Shown: positions 38,000-50,784 of the stretch, piece by piece
How positions within the stretch are numbered: position 1 is the first letter of the stretch
Layout: every line of letters begins with the position of its first letter
From: Camelus dromedarius
Taxonomy: Eukaryota
Direction: 5' to 3'
DNA: 64,000 nt
Assembly: GCF_036321535.1 (NCBI RefSeq)
Contig: NC_087438.1
Span: 13,518,001 to 13,582,000, forward strand
Notes under the pieces: model-generated
What the model saw: the letters and a program-made list of their open reading frames with translations, nothing else
The model's database searches: none
Told to the model about the DNA's origin: nothing
Position numbers and translations under genes: made by a program

Positions 38000-39530
38000 T
38001 ACATTACTGACTATTGTGGGGCTAAAAAATGACAGATACAAACTGATTGACTCAAAGTATAGACATAATAAATATATTACTCTTATAGTTTGTTTTATGT
38101 TTGTTAATGTTTCTACAACTCAAGTGAGAACGATGCGCTACCAAATGTTTAACATATAAGGTATGAACAAAAATATATTGACAAACTGAAGATAAATTTT
38201 TAAATGTTGCAGGAGAAACTAAACAATGATTTTGCAGCACAACTACAGAGAAAACAAAATACTGCTGTTAGCAAGAAATGAATTTTTATACTTAAAAAGC
38301 CTTCTATATTAATGCATGAATTTAATTTATTCCTGATAAATACATACCTGGGGCTGGGGAAAATGACAAGCTGACTCTAAAGATCTTGTGGAAATAAAAA
38401 TAAACTAAGAATAATGAGAAAAAGTAGTAATAATCATAATAATAATAAGAAGAAGATGCAGACAGGCAGTAAACCCAAAAGATATGATCCGGTATTATAA
38501 ATTATATATTTAAATGTTCAATAGAAATATCTTGACTTAAAAATCACCCAAAGAACATAAAAACTCTAAAAATAGAAATAGATTCTGATGGAAATACATG
38601 ATTTCAAATCAGTATAGATGATTCATATACTAAATTATTTTGTAACAAACTTAAGTAATCAAAAAAAATTTTAAAGTGAAACCTGGAACCCTTTCTCATC
38701 TCTCACACCATATCTAAATGAAAGCTATTGAATATTATAATTAGAAATGATAAAAGAAACATGTGATTGTCTTTAAAAATACTTTGAGTTGAGAAAGAAT
38801 TTGTGTATAAAAAATTCTAAAAATCTTAAAAATTAGAATAGATACACCTGCTATATAAATACAAATATTCTGCATGGCAAAATTCAAACTATCACTAACA
38901 AATCCAAAAGAAAAGTGTCAAATTAGGGGGAATACATGTGCGTGATATGTATACCACAGGAAAAAAAAAACTAGTTTCTTTAAAGTGGAAATAATACAAA
39001 ACTATAAAAATGTAACATGATAGCAAAAAGAGATAATATGAGCAATTATCAAAAAAGGAAATATCTCTTCAAACATATGAAAACTCACCAATAATCTGTT
39101 ATAAAATAAATGTAATAAATATTTTTCACTTATTGGTAAAGATAAAACAGATAGCACACTGTCCTGGTGAAGGTTTGGGGAAATATTATTTTCTCATAAG
39201 AGAAATATTATTTTCTCTATCAAAAGCGATTTGACAATATGCATCTATTTAAATTGACTACCCTTAATCATAACATTTCAATTGATATGAATTATCCTAG
39301 AGATATGTTCAGATATGTGAAAAATACATAAGAACACAGAAGTAATTTTAATGTTGGTGATAACATTATTTGTTAAAATGGAAAGGTAAGTTGATAGGTG
39401 ATTTTTCTAAATTCATATTTATCTATGCAATGAAACACAAAAGCCTTTAAAAAGAATAAGGCAACATCTTATGAAGTGATAAGAAATACTTTCAACCTTT
39501 ATTGGAAAATGGATAACAAGCAAGGAAAAG
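38000..39530 (+). mobile_element. Old L1 (L1ME-like) ORF2/3' fragments
   Basis: 'tgacaagctgactctaaag', 'cctggaaccctttctcatctctcacaccatat', 'aaacatatgaaaactcacc', with an A-rich strand bias. Confidence 0.65.
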
Positions 39531-39559
39531 GAAAATGATTATCGTGTTCCGCTCTTTAT

Positions 39560-39748
39560 GCAAAAATCAAAACGAGAAAGCTCTGGCCTCTCTTCCTTTT
39601 CTTATATAGACACCAATCCCTTCATGGGGTTCCCACTTCATCTAGACCTAAGTAGTCCCCAGAGGCCCCACCTCCAAACACCATCACAGTGGGTACAATG
39701 GCATCTACATAGGAATGTTGGGTGGACACATTCAGTTCATAATAACCT
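39560..39748 (-). mobile_element. MLT1A-like MaLR LTR, 5' part
   Basis: 'agctctggcctctcttccttttcttatatagacaccaatccc...aggccccacctccaaacaccatcaca...ggacacattcagttcataa'. Confidence 0.8.
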
Positions 39749-40039
39749 ATAATACACTTGAAAGACACTCAAAATACTTAAACGTCTTTGCTCCAGCCAA
39801 GGAAACTTAGTGGTTGGTAGTGGTCACGTGGGGACTGTAACTCATTATATATCCTTCCATAGAATTGGAATTGTGTATAATGTGTACACCATTACTACAT
39901 GAAATATTATTATTACTGCTTAAATAATAACAGCAATAATAAAAAATGATTTTTAAAATGACCTTGATTAAAAGCAGTAGCAAAAAAAGACAAGCTTCTA
40001 AAAGTTCCTAAATAGGGTAATTTTATAAAATATCATTCT

Positions 40040-40455
40040 AATGTCCCAGCCATCCCAGGTACAATTGTTCCTTCTTGATCCAAGCACCTGGTCCCAGCCA
40101 AATCTTGCGACACAGACTTATCATATTCCTTCCAATGTTTCAATAGGCACCTTTTCCAATATTCTTTCCAAAAAAGCTACAATGATCAGAGAAGGGAGGG
40201 AGCAAATGGAGAAGAGAAAGAGAGATGCAACTCAGATTCAAGGAGAAAAATCAAATGCAGAACAGTGAGTGAGCCTGCAGGGCATTGTTGTCAGCGTTTC
40301 GGCCCAGCCTCCAGTTCCTTAACAGAGCAAGAGCCTCCCTAAGTCTTTGGTCCTGAGAACCTTTCTTGTCTGATGACTAATAATCCCCTCCTTTTAAAAA
40401 AATTAGCCTCATATTTTTTAATTCCTTGCAAACACTGAATGCATCCCAACTAGTA
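40040..40455 (+). mobile_element. Old MLT1 (K/L-like) LTR
   Basis: GA-rich middle section and 3' end 'taataatcccctcctttt...attccttgcaaacactgaatgcatcccaactagta'. Confidence 0.5.
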
Positions 40456-42899
40456 TGTATTAATTATGCAGATATTTTTACTTAATTGGTAGAAAATGTC
40501 CATTTTATGTAGGATATTGGGGACAAATAAGGACAATCAAAATGAGATGATAACAGAATAAAATTTACATGTATTTACTTTTGAAAATCTTAGGACAGGT
40601 ATCGCTCTTCTATTTAATTGTGTCTTTTTATTGGCATGCCCTATCATGCTTGCTGATTAAATTCCAAGTACAAGATCCATATTCACTGCTTTTTTGTGAC
40701 ATATATGTCTATTAGGATCACATTGCATGGATAAACGTATACATATTTATGTATATAAAATGAATAAACATTTCCCAAATAATACTCGTTTCATAAATTT
40801 AGATTGTTTACAGTGATGCAAGAAAACTAACAAGCAGCCCATAAATAAGCAGAAATGCTTTCCTCTGTGAATCTGTGTGAATATCTAATATAATTTACTG
40901 GTCGTTATACTTTATGCTCACAGATCAGTATATTTAGGTATTATTTTCCAGAAAATATGCCCACTCATACAATGCACATTAGAAAATATGAATGTTATAT
41001 AATATTAACGAATCATTTAGAAATTACACATAAAAATAAAAATAGACTTATCGAAACTAGTTTATAATTGCAAGACAATTAACACTAAATTGTTTCAGGG
41101 GAAAATGGGTTTCGGCCACTGCTTCATACCATAGTGCTTCCCAGTTTGGACTGTCCTGTCTGCTTATTTCTCCCTTGGTGCCCATTGCATGGTCTTTACC
41201 CTTAAATGGGACAAAGAAACAAATGGTTCATTTGTCTGTCCCTGGTGTAATCTTCAAGGCAATTTTTTTTTTTTCCAGAAAGGTTTTGCAAAATTTCTCG
41301 GTCCTGAAACGCTCTATATAAAATAAGACAAATGTAGCTGTGATGTGAAATGCTCTGAACAGGGATTAAGATCAAAGTCACCTCCAAAGATGTAAGGTTC
41401 TGGCTATGCAAAGAGCTGACTAAGGACTTCTTGAAATTCTGCTGTATTTTTATCCCATATAATGATCTTGGCACAGCCATAAATCTATCATTACTATCCT
41501 TTGACCTGTCCTAAAGATGAAATATTGCTTCATATGATATAAAATGTCACTGTCACATCTGAATGTCTAAATGAAGCAGAAAAGGAGTCATGTGACACAA
41601 CTTTTACAAAAATGAAAATTCCAGGGTAAAAGTTTTTACTGTTTTTTTAATCTGCTTTAATTCTTATAAGTTACTTGTGTACATAAGAAACCTTCCAATG
41701 AGTTGTACCAATATGTCGTAAGTAGAGGTAATATAGTAGATGGATTAAACAAATACTGATAAATTAACTGACTCTACTTATCCTGATGACAACATTTGGC
41801 TGATCTTTGACACTGACAGTTTTAAGTATATTAATATATCTGATGTTAAATTTATAATTCTTAGGTCATAAATGTCTGTAGTTATTCAAATAAAATTCAC
41901 ACTAGTGGCAACACTAGACTATCTTAACTAATAGGTTTCTTCATGAAAGTTTCATATTCACTATTTCTTTTAAAAAATCTATTATGCTGTCATAACCTTT
42001 TTCATACTCATGCTTCTATAAAGAGAAATCAAAAGTAAACTACAAAGAAATCCTTTGTGTATTTAAATGCCTTTAAGGAGAAATAACCATGAGAATTTGA
42101 CAGCTTTTTATGCATATACATTTACAGGATGTTAACCCATTACAATGATGAATAATTATTTTTCTTAGGCATTTTAGTGAACATTTTTTATTTCAATAAA
42201 TTCAATTGTTCATTATAACAATGAATGTGTAAAATGAAGTCTGTTTCCTTATAGTAAAGTCATCAATTTTTGTTTTTATTTTTTGTGTGTGTTTGCGTGT
42301 GTGTGTGCACAGTCTTTCCCTATGCCTTTTTAAAGGACTATTATTTTAGTACTAAGGAAAAATAATATCATGTAATGAGCAACACAAGAAAAATATGCAA
42401 TATTAATTTTCAGTCAGCATTTGACAATAAATATGAATGAAGATAAGATATTGTGATCAAGAATATCTTTCTGTTGATGGCTGCACATTTATTATCAAAT
42501 GATGACATTCATCTGAGCCATAAATGGTTCCAGTTCAGAAGTTCCCTTCTCCCCTTACTCCTTTCCATGAAATCCACACTGTCGGCCCGACATCATGATA
42601 ATACAGTGATAGAGTAATCCTTCTAATGAAAAGTAAGGTATCCGCCTTTTCTTTTCCTACTATCAAGATGAAAAAGGTATTCTCTTCATCTCAGTGGTTG
42701 AAATTGAAATTTCTTTAAAATTGAAAGCATGACATTCTTGGAAAACACAATGTAGTGACACATATAAATGGTGAAGGAGGGACCTGATGTTACATTTTAA
42801 TAGGCCCTCCAGGGGATTATGATTCACAATAAAGGTAAAAACAAACAAACAAACAAATAAACAAAACCACTTCTCCACTTTCCTGGGTTAGGCTGTCTA

Positions 42900-43090
42900 C
42901 AAAAAAGCTATCATAATGCGGGCTGTGGACCACTAACATGGACCACCACCATGGACCACTTCCAACAACATCACTCAGAGCTTGTTAGAAGTGGAGGTTC
43001 TCAGGCTCCTTCCAGACTTGTTGAACCAGAATCTTGGGCAGTAGGGCCCAGGGACTTGTATTTAGCAATCTCTCCAAGTGATTATTATTC
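42900..43090. mobile_element. MER5A hAT MITE, partial
   Basis: 'caacatcactcagagcttgttagaagtggaggttctcaggctccttccagac...gaaccagaatct...gggcccagg...ctccaagtgatt'. Confidence 0.8.
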
Positions 43091-44101
43091 TCTAAAAGTG
43101 GACCCTGGGGTAATGGTCCGGGTGCAAGTGATTTTCTTTTAAAGAAGTTCTGCCGGGAGAAAACAACACGAGAGCATGGAAGACAGAACTGGGGAGAGGA
43201 GAACACGAGGCAGGCGGGCTCAGTGAAGTCTCTTAGCCTGGTCCTGGGAATACCTCGAGTAGGAATTACACTTTATCATTAGTCCCTCTGGGCTGCCGTA
43301 CAAGGTGCCGCCCTCCCCTCTGCCCAGGCTCTCTCTGCTCCAGGAATTCTTGGTGAGGCAGCTCCAGTAGCCTGGGGCTACTAAACGAGGGATGAAGCTT
43401 CTGGAAGTAAAGCACCCAGACCTTGAGGTATGAGGGTGCAGAACAGGTGAAAGCACTCCAAGAGGAGTATGGTGGAAGGAAAGGTGGGCTGGGCTCGGAA
43501 ATACTGAGCTTTGATTCAAATGCTTATTGCTAGAGAGTTGGTTCTCATCTTGTTCCAGAAAGAGTTCAGAGACAGGACCCAAAGGTCAAGAAAGCAAAGT
43601 GAGGATTTACTAAGCGATAGTATGCTCTTAAGGGGAGAGCGAGAAGACTCAGGGGAGTAACCGCGGACTTTCTTGGCAAGATGGTTATACGGGGTGTAAA
43701 AATGAATGGGTGAATATTCATTGGGGAGGGAGGGTTTGGGGTTGTATTTCTTGATTTTCACCACAGCTCCACCTTTCCGAGGGGAGGAGGGATTTTGGTC
43801 CTTATTTAGTCTGGATGGGAAGTGTCATGGCATCAGAGCATGATGGATATTTCTAATCTGCAAGGCTAATTATATTGTACTGAGGGCATAATAAGCAAAA
43901 GATTACATTTTGATGCCAGAGATTCCTGCCTTTTCCCACCTTTCTTTGCCTCAAGGATCCTTGTCACCCCAAAATGTGTGGTCTCTGGTCATCCAGAGGT
44001 TTTTGCTTTTCTCTGTCTGCCCAAGGACCCCTGTTGTTTACAAGATGAATGTCCCTACCATTTGTCCTGTGCCCCTCTTTCTCTGCTCATATCTAGTAAC
44101 A
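43091..44101 (-). mobile_element. About 1-kb ERV1-type LTR
   Basis: Minus strand starts TGTTACTAGATATGAGCAGAGAAAGAGGGGC. GC-rich with retained CpGs and an octamer-like 'tgaatattca'. Boundaries against AT-rich flanks and MER5A are abrupt. Confidence 0.7.
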
Positions 44102-46365
44102 TCCTCAGCATGCCTCACTGCTTGCTTTTTAGGGGTGAATAGATTATGTGCTTTTCTGAGGCTTGAGCCCCAGTGTTGCACCTATAAAGTTGAGATAAGA
44201 ATGTACAGTAGTTTTAAAAACTTAAATAAGATACTGCGTAGACAACTACTAAGCTGATAGACTCGGGCATTGTAGATCTAGTGGAACTGAAATAGTTAAA
44301 ATGGTTTTGTTTCCTTTGGAGCTCTCTCCATGATTTCCACCTATTAATTCAATATAATGTAAGAGCAGAAATACATTTTCAAATATCAAAGAGCTTAGTT
44401 AATCCCATTTTTAAATGAAGACAATTCCTAATGATCCATGATGTGAACCTCCATGTATTTGTTTACATCAATAATATATTTAAATTATTGTTCTATGGTC
44501 AATTAATAAACTTTCAAATTTGATTAAACTGTAGCTGTGAGAAATATAGGCATGTATTCTACTCAAAATTTGCACTTTTGAGAAAACCACTGGGGACAAA
44601 TAGATCAACATCACAGAGCTGATTTTTCCTGCTCTTCATGAAATATTTTTTGTTGTTTTCCAGGCGAGAGAACACCATGGGAGATGAAGAGTAAAGTCAG
44701 TGTTTCATGAAAATAAATGTATTTTACTTTCATCAAAGATAATTCTAATCCTTTGAGTATGCAAGAAAAAATGCATGTCTTGAAAATACTATTATGTAGC
44801 TATGCTTCTATAGATTTTATAGAAACTTTAGATGTAGTTTTCCCCATTCACAGATTATAAAACACATCATGTTTTAAAATTTGCTGAAAATCATAACATT
44901 TTATGATACAAGAAATAATAGTGTTGTGTTGTTTGATGTCTTTAAACACATTATATTATGATAGAAGTCTTTAAAAACAAAGCAAAATAAATGAAAATTC
45001 CCAAAGAAAAATTTTGTCACATTCTTGCCCTTCTTTTCTGCAAAATGACCATCTAATTTAGCCTATTTAATCAAAATTAACATCTCAAATTAAAATTGAC
45101 TCAATGTAACCGAAGGAAAAAAAATTTATAGGCAAGTTTGCAGCATAAATGAAAATCAATGATAATCAATACATCATTTAATACCAAATATCAACAGAAG
45201 ATTTAATATAATAATAATAAATTAAAAGAAGAATATTTTTTGGCATTCATGTAGTACAAATACTTCTACATTGAATTAGTTCTAAGGGCAATTGGCCAAA
45301 AACACTGTACAATTAGATTTTAGAAAAAGTAGCCAAGAGTGGTTTTTAACTCAAACATCCACACACGTATATAGGCATCTACAGTGCCATTATCTGTTTT
45401 ATGCTCCTAAGGACTCATTACAAACACCAACTTAGGATTTGTGTACACATTCACATGGCCACTTTTGAAAACTGACCTCCCTTGATACTCTAATAAACAG
45501 CTAAGGTCCGAGCAGTGCTTTAATGACTGAGGATGAATTGCTATATGCTGACCCTGTCCCATACATTATTTAGCATTTTTTATCATAGCACATAAAGTCA
45601 GCATGCCTAAAGCAAATGAACAGAATTAATACTATCCTTTTTAGAAGCACAGAGCTGTGGACACATATGTAATTTGTATTATTCTTTAGTGCACATATAT
45701 TCTCTGTTAATTTTCAGTATCAATGTTAAGTTCAAGTCTTCAAAGTTAGGACAACATAGATTTCATACCAAAGGCATCTAGTACAGGATACATGGCTAAT
45801 GAAAGCTTTTATTTTCTTCTACAACATAATTTTTTCCACATTGAATCATATTTTCATGTATAGTCTTTTTGTGTGTGAAATGTATAAAGAATTAATGTGT
45901 TAATTTGACAGTTATTATGATTTTAAAAAAGCTACACAAATCAAAATTTTCTTTACCTAATCCTGTATCCTCTAAGTCAAATTTTATCTGGGGGATTTTT
46001 ATTTGTATGCATAAACTATGATTGAAGTTAATCAATTTTAAATCATTGGTCTTCATTTTTAAGGGACCTGTCTTTCATTAATAGATTCTCTATTCTTTGA
46101 GGCCACAATTCCATCAAAGTTCCCCTTTAATTTGAGATGTATTGCAATTAGATATGTTGGCTTACTTCTTTATTTTTCCTTTTAGCTACTTTAGCAATCT
46201 GTGCCTTTGTTACAACACCTCACTATTTATTATAACGGAAAAGTCACTTCTCCCTACTCTCTTCAATAAGGTGACCATTGTTACCTTACAGATAAATAGA
46301 TATGTTTACTAACCTGATGAATTTTAATATCAAGGTAAAGATAGACACATACAATTTAAATTTAC

Positions 46366-46790
46366 CGTAGTGGGGACTGGCTAGATGCTCATCTTCCATG
46401 TCCTCTTCCTGGGCGTCCAGGAGGACTATGGTTGGTTTGGGGCTATAGGACCTGTTCTGGCCAATGGATCATGATCCTAAGTGATGTGCACTATTTTTCC
46501 ATGTTAGATTCTCTTGTAAGATCCTTGACTCACTCTTTATTTTTAAAATGGTCAGCTGAGTGCAGGATCCATTAGACAACACTGTGTAGACCCTGGGAGA
46601 TGGAGCCACCAGTTGGAACAGCCCCTGTTTCTTAATTGCTATATGGATGGCTACTCATGAAACACCCATTAGGCTATGATTAAAGCAAGAACTCAACCTT
46701 AATTCGTTAAGCTGCTACATTTTTAGAAGTTTTTCTTTTTTGGCTTGCTTTTGTTACTGAAGCAGAACCTATCCTATCCTGACCAGTACA
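46366..46790 (+). mobile_element. MLT1 (I/J/H-like) solo LTR
   Basis: 'gttctggccaatgg...aagtgatgtgc', 'gagatggagccaccagttgg', 'ttaagctgcta...tttgttactgaagcagaacctatcctatcctgaccagtaCA'. Confidence 0.82.
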
Positions 46791-46849
46791 GATATAAGCA
46801 ATATGTCCTATAATAAAGGGCTTTCACTTCTTCTTTTTTAAAATAAGGA

Positions 46850-48040
46850 TCTTTGGGTTTTAAAAGAGGAATTAATTGACTCCGTGATATGCCCCATTCT
46901 CCTTTCTTCACATGTTCACTTTTATATCCATAGATCCCCTCATCAATCATTTCAAACATTATCTTTCAGATCTCTTAGAATGAGGAAATCTCACATCCAG
47001 ATATTCAAAGCCACAAGCCAGAGGCTAATTTTGCCTGAATACTATTACATTACCACGTATCTCTAGCCTATGCCGAATGTCACTTTCCAAATAATCTTAA
47101 AATCTCCATTTTTCTCAAATTTCCAAATCACCCCTTTTGTTTGCCTTCAGAATATTAACCTGCCCTATGATGTCTTAAAACTTCCAAAGCCCTTAGATAT
47201 TAACTCCCTTATTCTGCTTCCACCAGAATTGATATGCACGTCTACATACTTCTGAGTTTTTATTTTCCTTATGACCTCTGTTAAAATGAAAGGAACGTTT
47301 CCACTTCTTTCCAGTCATGGTAATTGTTTGCTCTGAATTTCATTTATTTGGGGACTGTTCACTTCACAGGCTGTTGTCTCTTGTCACCCCATAATGTCAC
47401 TCCTTCTCACTCGTGTCATTAACGTTTTGTGAGCTAGTGTATTTTTGGTTCGTTTTTACTTGGCTTATCCCCTAAAAACAACTAGCTTGACCTTAGTTAT
47501 TGACAAATTACTTCACTACCTATCCCAATCCAATGTCTGTTTCTATGACTTTAAATTCTTAGAAAAATTATTAATAATCACCATGGTAATTCATATATTT
47601 GATTTGTAATTGCTTCATCCCATAAGCAGAATTTCTTAATTGTAATGGCATCTACAAATACTATATACACTCAGTTTTTATTCTCTTCCTCTGGGCATCC
47701 CTTCCAAGCTATTTTGATGCTTCTCTTCATCTTCCTTGGTCTTCTGTATTGGGGACCTTTGGGATGCTATTTGAAGTCCTCCTCTCTTTACTTTCTACAG
47801 TCTCTTCCCAGGATATCCCACTCTCTTACAGGGCAATTTTCCATGATTTTTTTTCTCATATTGCTCCCATTTTTATATGTAATCCAAATTTCTCTTTTAA
47901 AATACAACTCACTAGAATATATGCTACACAATGTGAAGAGAATTCACTTGTTTTCTTCTCTATTATGTCCTCAGTGCAAATAACCCAACTTAGCCTTAGT
48001 GCACATTCAATAAGTATTTGTTAAATAAGTAAATATTCAA
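46850..48040 (+). mobile_element. L2 fragments including a 3' end
   Basis: C/T-rich L2-like body, terminus 'ctagaatatatgcta...cattcaataagtatttgttaaataagtaaat'. Confidence 0.55.
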
Positions 48041-48099
48041 GTTAAACATATGTGTCTACTAAACACATTCCTTTCAAAGTCAGTATTGCTAAAACTAAA

Positions 48100-50640
48100 C
48101 TCACTAAATAATGATGTTCTCCATTTTCACAGTCCATAGTCAAGGTGCATGGCTCAGCCATCCAAGCAAGTTGTTTCAGTTGAAAATCTAGTGACATATG
48201 CCTTACTCCATCAGACATCAGATCAATAATCAAGTCTTTTTAAATCTGTCTCAAGTTTTCAAATCTTTCACTTCTCCCATGTATAATGAAATAACTATGG
48301 TGCACTCTCCCTCACTTGGACTGCTACAATAGACTCTGAGATATTCTCAGAATTGATGTCCTATCTTTTTATCTGTAAGTTCATACAAATCATTGAATGA
48401 TCCCTATGAAAAAATAAGGTTGAATATGTTGATTTAATCTCATAATCTCAAATCTCAAATATTCTTTCTACATTGCCTGGAAATATTACTGACTTTCATC
48501 AGGAAGCTCAACAAATTCTTCTAGACAAAAACTCCATGTTCTTTTTCAAACTTCCTTTATCTTTTAACATCTGCCCCTCATACACACAATGAATATGGTC
48601 AAAAAAGGAGGAAAAAAAAAAAAGAAACATGTAAGAATCCATTAAACCCGTGTCATCTCTCCACCTCTAAACCCTCTGCAATTGCACTTGTATTATTCCC
48701 TAAACTCATCTTATAACTAAAGCAACGTCCTTCCACTCACAAAGAAGTACCACTAGCTTTGCGTACTGGATTGTACCAATTCTTACCTTTTAAATAAACT
48801 TTAAGAAAAGAAAAAAAATACACTCAAATCTTGATTCTTCATTCTTAGAAAGCTACTCTCCCATTCTCAACAAAACATTTTAGGAAATATTGTCTACATA
48901 TTCTGTCTGTATCTCCTCAGTCCCATTCACTGTCTATCCCTCCAATCTGGTTCCTGTGTTTACACTCAATCAAAACTGTTCTTGAGTGTTTCCCTTCCTT
49001 CATATTTGTCATCCTTCCATTAATACGTGACACTGCTGATTACTTTCTCTTTCCTGAAATAATCTTCTTTGCATCTTCATGACTCAACATTCTTTACTCT
49101 TTGCTTTCCCCTTCATGGCCATTTCCTCCTTCAAGGCCTTAATTACTGTCTGTATGAAGGAGGTATAAATATATATCATTACCTGGCTAAACCCCTCCTC
49201 TTAAGCTTCAGGCTTATGAACTAAACTGATGATTCAAAAAACAGATAACTGATAAAGCCCATTGCCCAAAGAGCTACAGAAACACATCTGTAATGACACT
49301 GTTAGCTTTATCACCTTGCTGCAGCAAGGGAAAGCATACATCATGGGAAACCATGAGTCTCTCTAAAAGGGAGAGTTAGGGAAGAATACTCACTAAGTAT
49401 TCTTGTGAGTGAGTGAGATTGCTGGAGTTTGTCAATGGATGATCTAAGCAGAGAGTGTTCTAAGTCTATAAACTGGAGTTGCATTTAGCAATTTCATCTT
49501 TTGTGTCCATGAAGTGCTACTCTTCAATTAGTTTTTCAAAGATCTTATCTTAGAAGGGATGGGTCTAAAAAAACAAACAAAAAAATAGTATTAAAATGTT
49601 TGAATTTAAATAGTTAATGATGTGCGTCATGGCCAGTCTGGAAGAGCTTATCTCTCTTCTGAGTTGGGGAATCTTTTTCAAGCTGTGATTCCTGTTTTGA
49701 TTTTAGTTTTCCCCCCTCATAACCCACTTGTCAGTGGGGCCAATTTTCAGTTTATTACTTTAAATTTCATGCCACAAAGATATTTCACATTTAGATTTAC
49801 TGTTCAAAAATAAAACTAAAACAATAAACATAGAATCATTCTCTACAAATTTCCTCTTTTCCTTCTCAGTAAACGACATGACTCTCCACTGAACTATTAG
49901 AAACATTTTCGAGCATTTTTATGTCTTATTTATTCTCATGGGCATTTTATTAACAAATCTATCTTTTCTAACTCCAAAATTATCTCAAATTTTTCACCTT
50001 TCAAATTGCCCCTGCTTCCGCCCTATTCCCACTAGTCTCTTTTCATCACCATGCACAGCAGAGGCAAATAAAAGGGAAAGTCAAACATGTCACTTCCATG
50101 CTTCATCTATTCAATGCTTTTATTTTACTAAAAACAAAACCAACACTCCTTTAGACTGGGAGGCTCTGATTACCTGGAGTTCATCCACCTGTGCAATCTC
50201 ATCTCAGGCACGCTCCGTATTTACGTCTATGTTTTTGCCCTATGAGCCTTCTGTCAATTATTTGAAAATGCCAAACTTTTAAATAGTGACTACATTTTCC
50301 TGTGTCATTCCCCAGCTTGACTTGCTCTAGGAGCCCTCTTTTGACACCTGCACAAACTTTCTAATGGTTGATCTTTTTGCCTTTCCAGGTTCCTAACTAA
50401 AGGTAACTTTCTCAAAAAGACCTTCCATGAACACTTTTTCATGAATCAAGTTCTACTGGTAAGTTTTGAATATGTATTCAAATAGTAAGTTCTTACATGA
50501 TTACTTGTAGTTGTGTGTGGAGGTGGGGCAGGGTGGCAGGAGAAGGTTATAGTCTTCTCCAAATTATAACATAAAAAATGCAGGGGTCATGCCATTTTAC
50601 TAAGTACTGTGAATAAAGTACTGGGTATAGTATTTGCCAC
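48100..50640 (+). mobile_element. L2 fragments, interrupted by an LTR at about 49250-49770
   Basis: 'tccaatctggttcctg...aaaactgttctt', 'tgacactgctgattactttctctttcctgaaa', 'ccttccaggttcctaactaaaggtaactttctcaaaaagaccttcc'. Confidence 0.6.
49250..49770 (-). mobile_element. ERV1 solo LTR (MER92/MER110-like)
   Basis: 'gctttatcaccttgctgcagcaagggaaagcatacatcatgggaaaccatg' is typical of this LTR group in reverse orientation. Confidence 0.5.
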
Positions 50641-50653
50641 TAAGTAGCTTTTT

Positions 50654-50784
50654 TTGTTTGTTTGTTTTGTTTTTTTTTGGGGGGGTGGAGATTAAGTGTA
50701 TTTGTTTATTTAGTTGTTTTAATGGAAGTAATGGGGATTGTACCCAGGACCTCCTGCATGCTAAGCATTCACTCTAACCACTGG
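50654..50784 (-). mobile_element. tRNA-Ala-derived SINE (camelid Vic-type), slightly 5'-truncated
   Basis: Minus strand 'cagtggttagagtgaatgcttagcatgcaggaggtcctgggtacaatccccattacttcca' resembles tRNA-Ala(AGC), followed by an A-rich tail. 14-bp TSD ctaagtagcttttt at 50640-50653 and 50785-50798. Confidence 0.92.

Noticed and set aside
39181..39217. Short direct repeat aaatattattttctc, two copies
   Set aside because: An ordinary slippage duplication in decayed L1. It is not an array.
43220..44257. ORFs of 120, 82 and 115 aa
   Set aside because: Chance ORFs within or overlapping a GC-rich LTR, with no protein motifs.
50720..50784. tRNA-Ala gene
   Set aside because: The 5' acceptor stem is missing, the B box is mutated, and it has a tail and TSD, so it is a SINE.
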